64,000 bases of DNA, taken from Raillietiella orientalis (lineage: Eukaryota). Positions 40,179 through 52,900 of the stretch are shown here, piece by piece. The first letter of the stretch is position 1. Each line of letters opens with the position of its first letter. Under the pieces are notes generated by a model. It saw only the letters and a program-made list of their open reading frames with translations. It was not told the DNA's origin and made no database searches. The DNA lies in the NCBI GenBank assembly GCA_036172245.1, contig JAYWIR010000027.1, positions 558,001-622,000 of the forward strand, written 5' to 3'. Both the position numbers and the translations under genes were made by a program.

Positions 40179-42131
40179 TGTCTCTGCATATGTTCAGAAG
40201 TGGACTTATTTGTTATTCTTGTGTTATGTGTGCCAGACATGCCCACTCACTTTTTACTGTAAGTCTTGAATGATCTCATTGAAAATGCGAATAGTGTACC
40301 TGAATGCAGCTACTGTCAGTTCTTAAGACACTCGTTTAAGTTAGCAAAATACTGCTATTGTTGTTTTGTTTGTAAGAATCGATCAAGTCATAATGTGCGT
40401 GATCATCTCCGATTGCATTAAGCATTGTGTCACTTTATGTTGTTTATTTGATTGTTGTTGTTAAGTTATGATAAGGAAAATTTTTAAAGATTCAAGTAGA
40501 AGCAGTTTCATTCAAATTCCAATTCAGGAATACAATAAAAACCTCCCCAACCATGTTTTATATCTTGTTGTTCCAGGGACTCGGTGGTTTCTTCACTTTT
40601 ATTCTTTGCAAACCTATGTATCCCATATTTTTGAGATTCACATGGCCATATCTACCGCTATATCCATGTTGCAGTGTCACATCAACACATAATGCCGTTT
40701 TAGCAATTGTCAATGTTTACTACCATATCAGTTGATCAGCTTTCATGTGCAACTTTCTTGCCTGCCTCCATTCTTAAATGCAACCTAATGCACCAGGCAG
40801 CAGCATTCTGCAAGGCTTGGGAAAACTGATAAAAACAGGAGCTTGTGTTCCCATGGTCCCTCTCCTGCTTTTCCACAGATAAACATGAAAGGAACTTAGC
40901 ATACTTGTATTCGCTATACTCATAATTTCGAAAATTTCGTTACTACAGCACCATTGTGGGTAAGTGCGTACATGATTAACTGGTGCCATCCATGCTTTCG
41001 AGCATTCCAAAGGAACGAAAATCGGCTTCCCAAGCAACCAGAAAGTCGGCTGCAGAGGGCAAACCCCGAAGTGATTTAGGAGAACGTCTTGGAAAAAAGG
41101 TTCTGGCTCCATCAGCTGGTGTCATCGCTAGTGCAGCATGCACAAGTGACACTCTGATCTCTCTGAATGCTAAGCTACACAAGAGGCCAGTCTGCTCTGC
41201 ATTTCGTTGTGTTTACAAAAAGTTTTGCCCTCGCCGCTGTCTCTTGAGCAAACATTTTTGGAAACGCGAATCAGAGCATAATCGAAAACGAGATGACCGT
41301 TCCTTCTGGCTACGTCCAGGTTTTTCCAGTTGCCTCTCCGAAATCTTAGAGATTACCTCACTTGGCTATTCAGCTTCGTATTGATGGAAAGCGAGACGGC
41401 GCCGGATCTGGAACTTTATTCGTAAAGCAAGATCCCTCGCCGCTGTGCCCAGAAAAGTAAACTAGCTGAAAAACACACGGAAAGACAAACGCTTCCTTAT
41501 TAAATGAAGGACGGTGCTCCTGTTACGCCTTTGATCATTGCAAGGCAAGATTTCTGGAGAGACTGGCACCGCTCCAAAATTTGGCGCCGACTTATGCGCC
41601 TCCAGAATAGAGTGCAACGAATTGCATGTCCAGATGAACGTAAAGATTCACACTCTGCGTACAGTTTCGTACAAACATTCACAACACCTCCAAAGATCAA
41701 CAACAACAACAAATAAATGAACAGCGAAGCATTTTTTGCTTACTGAACTGGCACTCCCTGAATGTCTGTAATTGATTATCTTACACATATAATCGGGAGC
41801 AGTAAATTCTTGAAAAGTAATCGAAAAAAGTTTTGAAAATCTCGGATTCTGAACAGAGATCGTTGCCAAGGCTTTTTCCAGCCTCTGCGCTCTTGGAGTG
41901 CTGGAAGCGGTCGCGTGTCTCACCAGCAACCTTTCTCACTTTGTAGCTCGAATTTTCAATTTTGGAGTCCCTTCACTTCAGGCGAGTTTATGGCTCTTGA
42001 TCTTCCAGGGTGTGTGCTCTGCGAGGAATCGGATGGAGGGATCAAAGCTGTTTCTTGCATGCGTGAGGAGCACATACTTTTCAATGTAATTTTCCGTTGA
42101 GTCATCCAAAAGATTCGCCGCGTTGACGTAG

Positions 42132-43605
42132 TCACACCTGGTACATTCTCCAAGTATTATTCCGGGTTTGGGAAAGAACATTTTCGATATCCATTCCTTT
42201 GAGGGCGGCAATCTGCGCTGCAACATGCAATGCCATACCTGGATGCGAGAAGCGGGAGGTGGAAAATTCCTCCTATTGAAAACACGCATAGCAAGGAGAG
42301 CTAGGATAAAATCAGTCAGGTGCCTTTCGTGGAACGAAGTAAGGAGCATCCGTCTCTAGGAGAATTCTGTTTAGAGGTATTTGAACCACTGTGTCGTGAA
42401 CTTCGGACGCTGATGGGAAGGTCACTAAATTGGTGAAACCCAAATAGAGGTTCGGGAATGCGTTCAGCCATTTCCTGGCTGTTTCCCAATTCCCTGTAAA
42501 GCAGTGGCGATGGATGCGATAATTTATTGGTAGATGCTGTGCTAACGTTCAATTAGTCATATGTACTAGGGGAAAAGAAAAAAAAAAACGAACGCTTACC
42601 TCTTTCAAGATCTGCAAGCATTCGGCATCAGCATCTCGGCAGTGGATGACGAGCGGTAGGTTATTGGATAGAGCCAGTGTCAGCTGTTTCTTAAAAGTCT
42701 GCTTTTGTAAGGACGGATCGCAATTGTTTCTGCATCAGTGTAATTAAATTGTGCAAATATTGAAAAATTTAGCACCTCACAGAGTAATCTAGACCTATTT
42801 CGCCTACAGCGATGGCTTTCGGGTGCTGCAGTGCTTGCCTGAGATGTGCTTCGACACGTGGAGTAAACTGGTCAACCATGTGTGGGTGGCAACCAAACGC
42901 TCCCCACACGCTCTCATCCTCCAGTATTTCCCCCCAAACTCGACGCTCACCAAAAGTTGAAGGGTCGCAGAATACCCCGATGCATCCTTCGAAGCAATTC
43001 GGGAAACTCCTGCTATACAGCTTTCGGTATTCATGAAAATTTCCACGATGTCCCTCCCTCTTGAACAAAAAGTCCAGATGGCAGTGAGTATCTATTAATC
43101 CCGCCACGAAATTTCTATCCATGAGGCTTGGAAGATCATACGTAGGAATTGTTCGAGAACTTGATGGGTTGTTCCTGTAGGACGTTGGCAGCGGCTGTCT
43201 TGGAAGTTCATCTTTTGGAGGCTCCGGAGCAGGCAGATATCGCGGTTCGGCATTCGCGCGCTGTTCTCCGGCAAACGGGAAGCGCAAAGATTTCCTCAAG
43301 CGCTGAGCATTTCGTGGTTTAAATTCGATGAATCTTTCGTGACTTTTCAGAGCAGGAAATTTTTGCAGCCATCGAGTGCGCGGCATGGAAAAGGAGGAAC
43401 GTTTCTCGCTGTGGAACAACGGTAAAATTGCTTTCTTGTGGAATGTTTGCTGTTCCTTCGTGTTGTCACACTCGTCCTGGCAGCAGGATATCCCCTCCAT
43501 TCCGAATTGAGACCAATTTGAAGCGAATTCACAAGCATTGCATGAAGATTTCTTTTTTCTGTGTGTACTTTTATCTATGTTGAAAGCCTCGAGCTCTACC
43601 AGCAT
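42132..43605 (-). CDS. TATDN2: TatD-family deoxyribonuclease (TATDN2-like) with N-terminal extension, ~437 aa
   Basis: Exons 43605-42776, 42729-42600, 42536-42324 and 42272-42132 (1314 nt). Motifs: IDTHCHLD, GCHPH, AVGEIGLDYS, PLVIHCRDA, IHRHCFTG, LLETDAPYF, SHPG. The start codon and any upstream exons are uncertain, and the third intron donor is probably GC. Confidence 0.9.
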
Positions 43606-45628
43606 TTTTCGGAATGAGAAGAAATCCAAAGCCTTCTTGTAATAGGAAAATACGATCTTTCATTACTGAGACATTCTTACTCCCATATTTTATAACACTG
43701 CTAATTGACAGGACCGGATCTGTAAGTCAAACTGAGATTCAACATTTGGATGAGAAAATCAAAACACACACACAAATCCTTACGGCTTTTCAATTCAGTG
43801 TTCCATTTATGCTTTCTAAGAACTTTACGTTCTTTCCGACAATTTAAAGCAATCATTTGGAATATTATTTCTCTGAGCTACTGTTCGTACTTCTCTAGAA
43901 AATCCTGCTATGTTTAAAGTGTTCCTTGATTTAATGTCGCATCATCATTATGCAAATTACACTGAAACACAGCGCTCTTTGAAAGACTCGTCAATGTGCT
44001 GAATTACTCTTGAAGATACCAACTCTCACTAGTTTGTGTTCTGGATCTCTTGAAGGCTGAAGAAAGCTTCTGTGAGTGCCATTCTAACCTGAAGTGCCTA
44101 AACGGACTTCACTTTGAATAGCAATTAGCGCAGAAAGGAAATCGGAGAACGGAAACTTGAGAGAGCAACACAAAGACGCGAGAACGTGCCGTGGCAGTTT
44201 TGCTCATTGAACTAGCCCTACCGGTTGGTTTTACTCAAAGCAAACAGACATTTTTCTACAAAATTTGAATCCACCACTACTCGTTGGCGAAAATGGGGGT
44301 AAAGCGCCTCCGATCAACGATCGAATCAAGAAAACGCACTTCCTGGCAATGTTCACACACATACATGGCAAAAAAATAAAATAAGATGAAAATCTTTCAA
44401 AGTGAATACCTTAAAGAGAGGGTCCTTCCTTGATGTTCGGTCCTGCTGCTCTTGTCGAGCAGCGAATATTGTTGTAAATTCCAAAGTGCTTTGGCAGCAT
44501 TGTTGGATCGCCAAGCCATCAGCGCGGACCGTTTTCGGCGGAAAAAAATCAAAGCAAAAAGAGAAGGTATACCAACACAATAATACTCCAAGCCTCAATA
44601 ATAATCAACACTGTTTGTTTCAGTACTGGAGGGTTCCAGAATTCATCACAGAATCTGGATGCATTTCAAACAACAGCAAAAAAAAAAAAGGCAATCCAGA
44701 ATCGTCATGCCCTGGAAACGCGACAACCCTTCGTTCACTTCACCACGCCCCTGCCTCCGGCACCTGGTCGCAGTACCGTTCTGCATGACGACGTGATTTT
44801 CTCTCACCTCTCTGTTTCTCTTTCCTTTATGCCCTCCGTGAAGCCGGAAAGTTCGGCTTCCCCAACTGCGCCTAAACAGCCGAGGTCGCTGAGGTCAAAA
44901 AAAAAAGCAAAAAACGAATGAACGAGAACATCTCGCAAATCACCACGGTAGGGAGGCACGACGATGCTCGCAACATACGAGCAAAAAACAAAAAACAAGA
45001 GGAGGGAAAAACGAGCCCTGAATAGGAGGAAAAAAAAACAAGTGGGGGGGGGGGGGGACGGAAAGATCAGAAATCTGTTCTTCTCTTGAAGCTGTACTTT
45101 TCCATGCCGCTGAGCAGTGAGTGGAAGAACCGGATTCGCAATCGCCACTGTGACTGCCTCGTTGTGATAGGAAGAGAATGAGACGGGGATTCAGAAACGA
45201 AAGGAACGAAATTTCATTTCTTCCCCCCTCCCCTCCCCCTTGTGGAAGCAGGATTGCTGCGCATTTTGAGGGATTTGTCTTGAAAGTTGCACACAGTCTG
45301 GAAAGCACTCCACCCCTCACCTGAGGGACCAAAGGCTTGGAATCCGCACTCTCGGCGGCCTTCTGCTCCGCGGCCTTTCCTGTCGTCGAGGGAGACATCG
45401 GACCTGAACCCACGAGCTTAAGGGCCGCCCCTAGTAGGAGCACACGTGGAAGGGGACTTACAGACGTTGAAAAGCCACTGGCAAAATCCCATGCGAAATG
45501 AACGGGCCAACGAATAAATAAAACATAAAGAGATCTACAAGGAGTGGAATCTTTGGTTCAAAGTTCCGAATGTCGGAATCTCGAACAATCATAACAAAAA
45601 TGAAGCATAGATATGCTTATTATATATT

Positions 45629-47863
45629 TTAACCATTAACATCCCAATATGTTTTCCTAATGCAACTGACCAGAAGTTTGCTCCTGCTGCGCCTTTGGCA
45701 GAGGCGCCTCCTGCCTTGCTTTCCTTGTGTCCCTTTAGTGACTAGGTCGTTTATTCTGACCTCGGCTTTCCTGAGTCCGGGGATACGTGTTCTCTGCTTC
45801 GGCTCCCCATTTTGGCCGCAAGGATTTCTCCGGTTCGTACTCGCGTCGTACTCGCGTCGCTGCAATCTGACGGATTTTTCCTGCTGCTGGAGCCAGCCCT
45901 TGTGCTTTCGTCATCCCCTTATTCTGTGGCTCTCCTCCCTACAGAAGTAGAATCACTGGGCCGAAAGATTCGGGTGCGTTAAAGACTCCGACGCAGATGC
46001 TTAAAAGGACTCTGATAAGCTGCGGTGACGGTGTGCTTTCGTAATGCCGCTTGCATTTCCGTTTCCTCCGATATCCTCTTCACTTCTCAAGATGCACGTC
46101 GAGAACGCTCTTTCGAGCGCTTTCTTTCCTTCAGCCTCAAGTTCCAGAATGGGGAAGAGGGATGGACAGGGGAGAAGGGGAAACACGGGCGCAGTTAAAA
46201 GTGGCTTGTTTTCTCTTCCAAAGATTCGAATTTTCGCGATTCCCATCTCGTGGTGGACTTTCCGCGATGCGCTGACTTGCTTTGCCTCCCCCGTCGCATC
46301 TTTGTCATGAGATAGCTGCTGCCTTCTCGTGCCCCCGTTCCATGAGGAAGATCATTCCCGAGCATCCGCAAGTCCAGATTCGCTCCAGCTCCTGCGTATT
46401 GAGCTGCATGCCCTCCTTGATTGACGTCCTGAAAACGCTGGTGCCATCGTCACAGATAGAGGCCATCTGCCAAGGCAGTGATCGAGCCCAGCAGCTCCTG
46501 CATCCCTGGAAGTGGGGTGCACGCCAGCACAGCTCTTGAAGTCCTAGGCGCATCCCGAGGGGGATGCACTAGTGGAATCCCACTTCCGGTGCGGCGGCAA
46601 CTTCGACGAAGACCAGCGGCTGCTCCTTATCAACCGATTATTTCGAAATCTTCAATCCGGAACGTACAGCCTCCCTAACTGTACAAATGAAGTGATCACA
46701 GTGGGAACGGATTGCGGATTGGTGAAAATCTTTCCTCGTTCCATCTCATCTTTGTTTTCATACCTTGAGGCCTTTGTCTCCATCAAAAAGAAGAGAAGTG
46801 AATAGGAAAACATCAGAACTGACCGCTCAACCCTTAACGTCCCAACGTGTTTTCCTAATGCAACTGACCAGATAGACGGATTACTCTAAATTATACTAAA
46901 ATGAATTCAATAATGTGAAAAAAAATGAGTAGTCATCACGTTAGACAAGTCGTGTTCTTATTATTAAGCAATGTGATTAGTAAGGACATTTAGCAAAAAT
47001 TGTTTTCTTAGTGCTGGTCCACCTCTTGGCTTTTTAAGTGCGATGGTATTTTGGTCTTCAGATCTTAGAAAACGTGGGATAGACGCGAATGGATTTCTCC
47101 CCGCGGTCGCAAGGAGAATCCACGTTGCTCTGTTGTCCAATAAACACCAGTGGTCAATGGTGGACCCATAAATGCTTGCAATTCGGTTGTTCCTTCCCCA
47201 TTCTCTTTCAGCTTCGGAATCGGTGCGCTCTGCAATATGTTCCAGCAAAGTGCGGACGAAAAACAAATGGGGACTGTCGATAGGGTCCTGGATTCCCTTC
47301 TCTTGCGGGAGAGCAACCTCGTGCACTCCGCCCCTGATGCCTTCCCCTCCCCCCCCTCGGCTCCATCTTTCTCCATCTTCCCCCGCTCTTCATCAATCGG
47401 ATCCTCGCAACGGTTTTCTTGTTCCTCTTCATTTGCATTTTCGTCATCACTGTACAATTGCTGACCATCGACCTCAGATGCCCTTTCTGTGAAGTTGCTT
47501 TCGCTGTCAGAGGCGCTCACCATCTATAATAAAATCTTCGCCTCCGCACATGTCGGTACATATTGATGGAATAAATAAAAACAGGAACGGTACGCAATTT
47601 TCCCGCCATTTACTTGTAGGTTTAAATAGGTGCAAAGGTGCGAATTAGTATTCTGTCAGTGTCCGATGGACACATCTGAATTGTTGTGTTGCAGTTTTGG
47701 TAAATTATTCAAATAAACGATGTTTTTCTTAAAAAAAAAAAAAGGGTAAGGTAATTATGAAAATGAAACAAAGTAATTTCTCAATCAAATCAGTACTTTT
47801 GGTTTCGTATGTGAGTCAATTTGAAAATGTGTCCATCGGACACTACTAGGATGCTAGGGATAA
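45629..47863 (-). mobile_element. Probable non-autonomous piggyBac-like remnant
   Basis: Left end TTAACCATTAACATCCC and right end GGATGCTAGGGATAA form an imperfect TIR with TTAA/ATAA flanks. A perfect 18-bp subterminal inverted repeat lies at 47658-47675/47827-47844. An acidic SDSES-type N-terminal ORF at 47523-47065 lacks a catalytic core. Confidence 0.45.
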
Positions 47864-49949
47864 TATATGTGTATTTATATATATAATAATGTACACATCT
47901 GTTTAAACATACATGTAATTAATCATATGTATTAATCTTCACTACTGACATATGCATTAAAGATTATGAAAAAATGTAATTGGTCATTACATATATTTAC
48001 ATATAAAGTAAATGCATATTCAATATCGAATTATAAACATGTACATTTATCCAATTTTCAAGATTCCGAAAACAGAACTGATGATTTACTGAGAGCTGTC
48101 ATTTATTGAGTCGCACAATCATTTATTTACTGATTGTTGGGAACGGTGAGAAAATGAAATATTTAGTTTCCCTTCTGTTTTTGTTTCTACTTTGCTTGCT
48201 GCTTCTTTTTCTTTTTTTTTTTCACTATTTTTGAATGCCACCATTATTTTCTAAAATTCCAAAGTGATATATCTATCTAATGTAATTTATTAAATATATA
48301 AGTATGTGCTAAGATGTATACATAATAAACACAAGTATTTATTTTTTTATGATCTCCTTAAAATACATCAGTGCATCTTGCTGATTATATTAATAAATAT
48401 GTATGTGAAAATAAGTTTGTATATTAATATTCACATAAATATGTATATTCATATATGTAACACACATAGATGTTTGTTTTTTATGATCTCCATAAGAAAC
48501 ATTATTAATTATACGAATATACATAATCACCATGTACAAATTATTTTTTATAATCTTCATAATAAACATTAACCTATATGTAATAAACCACATATCTGAA
48601 CATATGACCTTTTGAGATTTCGGGACCATTCGGGACTTCGGGCCCAGCCCGGTGATCCGCCTCCCTTAAGGATGGGTGGCCTTTTCTGCGGCCTGCTTTT
48701 TCTTATAGTGTCCAAGTGGGGGCAGAAGAGGTTGCTGGCGCAGCATCCTCGGTAGCCATCCCCCCGCCACGGTTGGCTTCAACTGCGAAGTGCTCGGATA
48801 TGCTTATGTGTTGCCATCACCGTCACCATGGCTGGCAAATGCATTCCATGTTCTGGAAGGTTCTCACAGACAGTGGAACAAAAGAAAAAGGGGGGGGGAG
48901 GGGAGGAAGAAAAAAGTGAGGAACGAAGCAGCAACATCTGAGAAATTCCCACCGCATTTCCATTCATAAATTAGCAGCTCTTCTTCACCGAGCTCCGTTC
49001 CTCGGTTGTTTCTTTCTGGCGGATTCGCAAATTGGTTTCCCTCTAAGAACCAGCGGTTTGACTCAGCTTCTGCAGTCTTTCATGTTGCTAACACTATTAT
49101 CTTCATCGCACTCGGAACACCTGATGGAGTCAGTAGGTTGGGACGATCCGTCTGCAGCTGCAACTCCAGAGAAGCGTTCCACCACCGATGACGCTGATGA
49201 TGTGACTGTGTGGCTGATGAGAGATGCTTGACTTTCGCGAGGCGTGTGGTACGAAACTCTTCGCCTACTTCGACCGTGATGCCGTCATCCCGGCTGACGG
49301 AAGGCTCCGACTTTCCATCGCTTGATTTTCAGTGCATTTAGCATCAGCAGCACGGTTGTCTCAGGGTCAGCAGATTCGTCGTGATCGCGTGCCGCGTTTT
49401 TAACCGTCGAGGATCTCGCAAGCAGGGCCTCTTGTCTCAACTGCCGGCCGAGCTCGGAAATGGGAGGCCATCTTGCCTTGCACTCTTGCTTTGTCTTTTC
49501 CTCGAACGTAGTGTTCCGATGCCACATTCAAGCTGCTCTTGCAGAAGAGCGAGGCAACTAGAAGCTTCAGTTCTCGGCACACTGGTGGGGTCCCCTGAGT
49601 GAAAGTTCGATAGCTTACCAGCGTCGAATATGCCTTGAAAGGTGTCTTTTATCGTTCGGCATGTGAGACAAGACCTCGGAGGGATGTCTTCACAAGACGA
49701 GATTGATGACTTCTTACCTCTCCCTTCCTGCTTGTGAATTCCAGACAAGTTATTAATTACGATGGCTTCACTGCTCCATTATTCACATCCACGACCAGCA
49801 CGTGGGAAAACTAAGAGGACTAGCAATGCTTCCATCCTTTCTCATAAGCATCCACCGGTTGACTGCACTGTAACTGCTAACAAAATCCAACCACCATAGA
49901 CACGGCAGAGTATATAGTAAGGCGTTCTCTAACCCTTTCCGTTATTGAT

Positions 49950-52900
49950 AGAGGTTGCTACCGCCTGACCACCAAGATTTGCGATTTTGCTACTGTGTGA
50001 TTCTCCAGAGCGGGGGCCAGCGCTTTGGTTTGCTGTGAAAGCCTTCCCTTGCATCTATCAAGCGAACGTTCCTTCTCGCCGAGGCACGCTGCGCTCTCTG
50101 TGGACTGTCGGAGGAGGCGTGGAGGCTCGCCTGAGCACCGCAAGGTGGCCGACCCCCAGGACACTTACGAGCCTGCGCAGGACCCGCGCCAAGTCGACAA
50201 AAAAACTCAGAATGGCCAACGCAAGACGAGCACCAGGAAAGGTGGGCCTGCATGCCCGCCGAAGAGCGGAAAGTAGGCCGCAAGACTGCGAGAAGAGAAG
50301 CAGGTGGCGACGAAGGCTCCAATCCAAACGTGCCGCAGGTTGCCGCGCGGCTCAAGTCGGAAGGGCGTGGGGCAAGGGAGAAAGGAGGGGGTTGTGGAGC
50401 AGAGTCCTTGTCTGCTTCTTTCCGAAGGTTGCAGGACTTCCTGTGGAACCTCAGCCCTCTGCTTTGCATTCGAGAAGAGAGGCAGCTGGAGTCGCCCGCA
50501 ATTCCGGGTTTCGTCCCGAGACATTAACGCACCCTGATGGCCACGCGAGGCCGGATGGCGTGCAGTTCTTTCGAATAGGATGACCTCGGGGATAAACGTT
50601 CGGCGTCTTCTCCGTCGAAGGATGGAGTACGTGCTGTTTTTTTTCCTTTTTTTCTTTGAATAAGCTGTCGTAAAAGCGTGGCGATGTTCGCCATAGTGGG
50701 TGCATCCTGTGCGGGGCCATCGCGTATTCCCGGTGCCATGCCCCTTTGCTAATGGGGAACCAGATTGTAGTACAAGCTGAACATGACCTTCCTCCCTTCT
50801 CCCCTCCCCCCCCCCCTGCCCACCCCCGCATCCCCCACACAGATGATTTCCAGGATCTCCTCCTCTGGGAACGAGAACCGCGCCCGTGGATCGTGGACGG
50901 GGAGAGCGGAGCACCGCGAGCCCCAGCACACCTGCTGTGAGCAAACAAAGCTCCTTGCCTCGGGATCGACCGCCCGCAGACGGGCTGCCGTACTCGGGAA
51001 GGCAGCAGCAGAAGAGAGAAATGCGTTTCCTCCCTGCTCTCCCAGGGAGCAGAAGCGCGAAGAGCGGATTTCCTGTTGTCGCTATTTTGGCGGGTGCGCG
51101 TCCACAGCGCGTCCACGGGGGAGGAAGGGGTCGCACAAAGTCACCTTGGGATCCGAGTCCCCCGTCGCCACCGTTCCTCCTTCCCTGGTTGGCTGGGTGA
51201 GCATTGATCCTGGTCTTCGCGCCGAAGAGAGAGGAGGCGAGGGGGGGCGAAAAGTAGGGGACGGTTCGCCTCGGACGCGGGAAGGGCGCTACTGCCGTTT
51301 TGGCGTTCGTCGGCGTGGGGTCGAAAGCCTTCCCTTGGGTGCACCCGAGGTGCTCGAAACCACTGACCACATAGCGTCTCCGGACATCCTCCTTCCCCGT
51401 ATAGGCGATTCCCGCCCCCCGTCCACATCCGATCTCGCCCTCGGGGCGGGTCGCATAGAAGGGTGTCGAGCGGCACCTCCGGAACCGCCTAGGTTGCCGC
51501 CCGCTGGCGGCACTGGAATATATAAGAGAATATCGTACATATTAGACTTCTTTCAAAATTCATATGGGGAGCTATGCACAGGGGCAGGTCGACGGCGAGG
51601 TTTTACCACAGCGCCCGGAACCAACCCGAAGCAGATGCCAAGTAGCGGAGGCTCGAGCCATCCGCTTGCCCCTCCCTTCTTTCTGCTTTCCAGGACGATG
51701 GGGTGACCTGCGAAGCGGGAGGTAACTTTCCGGAGGGCGGCTCCTCGAACAACCCTGGGCTTTTTTCTTTGTTTCTCTCTCCCTTCCTCCTTCTCGGACG
51801 GGAGCCGTCTCAGCTCGAGCTCGCAGCTGACCTTGGACGGAAGCAGCAGCAGACGGTACCGCAGCTGCCACCGGGTCCTCCCGTGAGGACGAAACCCACC
51901 AGGTGAAGCTGGTGTATCTTTGTACGCCCCTCCCCTTCCCAGTGCGGACGGGAGCCGTCTCACGGGGAGTCTCCCGCTGACCAGGAGGGCACTCGGGGTG
52001 TTTCGAAGAGCAATCCAGCGACGCCTGGCGACCGCGGTGCAGCGACGGTGCGGAGCGCTGCCGGGTGAGGGCAGCGCGACCATACCTCCTCAGGGACCCA
52101 TACGCTCGCATCGAGGGGGAGGACAGTGTCCGGTACCCGCTTCGAGGAGAGAAGGACGCGTGGGTGCAATCGGCGACTCCCTTCCCAATGACACCTTACT
52201 CATCCACCCACGTCCATTTTTTTTTTGTTTCTTATTTGTCCTCCTCCCTGGTGCTTCACTGAGGCGGAGACTGGGCAGCGGCCTGCGGGCCGGTCTCTGA
52301 AGCGCCTCCCTTGCTTCCGTGGGGCCTGGTTCCCCACCACACGTTCTCGTCTTTTGAGGAGGAGGGGATGTAAATCTCCAAGGTCAACAGGAAGGTCAGC
52401 GCTGCTGCTCTCGACCTCCCCCCCCTACCGGGGCGGAGGAGGCGCGCGAGGCGGAAGCCTCGGATCGAGACCTTGAGGTGGCCCTGGTCCTCCAGCCCTT
52501 GGAGACTGGTGCCACGGAAGGAGATGCCGAGTCGCTCCTCTTCCCCGGAGCGGGAATCGTCAGTCCCTCGGTTATTCCCCAATCTTGGAACCCGCGAAGC
52601 CGGACTAGCGACCCGGTCCGAGGATGACGTGGGGGCCGACGGGTGGCGCTGAATCCTTCGGCCCCTTTCTCCCATCCCTCCCTTTCCCAGCCGACGAGCT
52701 GCCCCCACGCGCCGAAGACTCAGGGCCATCGAAGCGGCTACGCGCGAACGTCCAGACGTCGGCCCCACGTCCATCTAACTCCTGACGTGGCTTTGAGCTC
52801 TGCGCTCTATTAGTCGCGCGGCAGCAGAAGCATGCTGAATCCCCCTTTCCCCGTCGAACGCCCTGCAGACCAGTGGCGCCTCCGACTGGGCCGAAGAGGC

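Noticed and set aside
40774..41929. Extra gene between RNF207 and TatD
   Set aside because: Only short ORFs with no recognisable domain or coherent splice model.
44800..45460. Three minus-strand consensus donors as upstream TatD exons or a small gene
   Set aside because: The nearest acceptors give implausibly short introns and no consistent frame. Transcript data would be needed.
48615..48670. CCCTTAA end with CGGGAC repeats as a TTAA-type transposon terminus
   Set aside because: I found no convincing partner terminus in the window.
49214..49260. CTGATGAG...CGAAAC hammerhead-like spacing
   Set aside because: No convincing stem II, I or III pairing.
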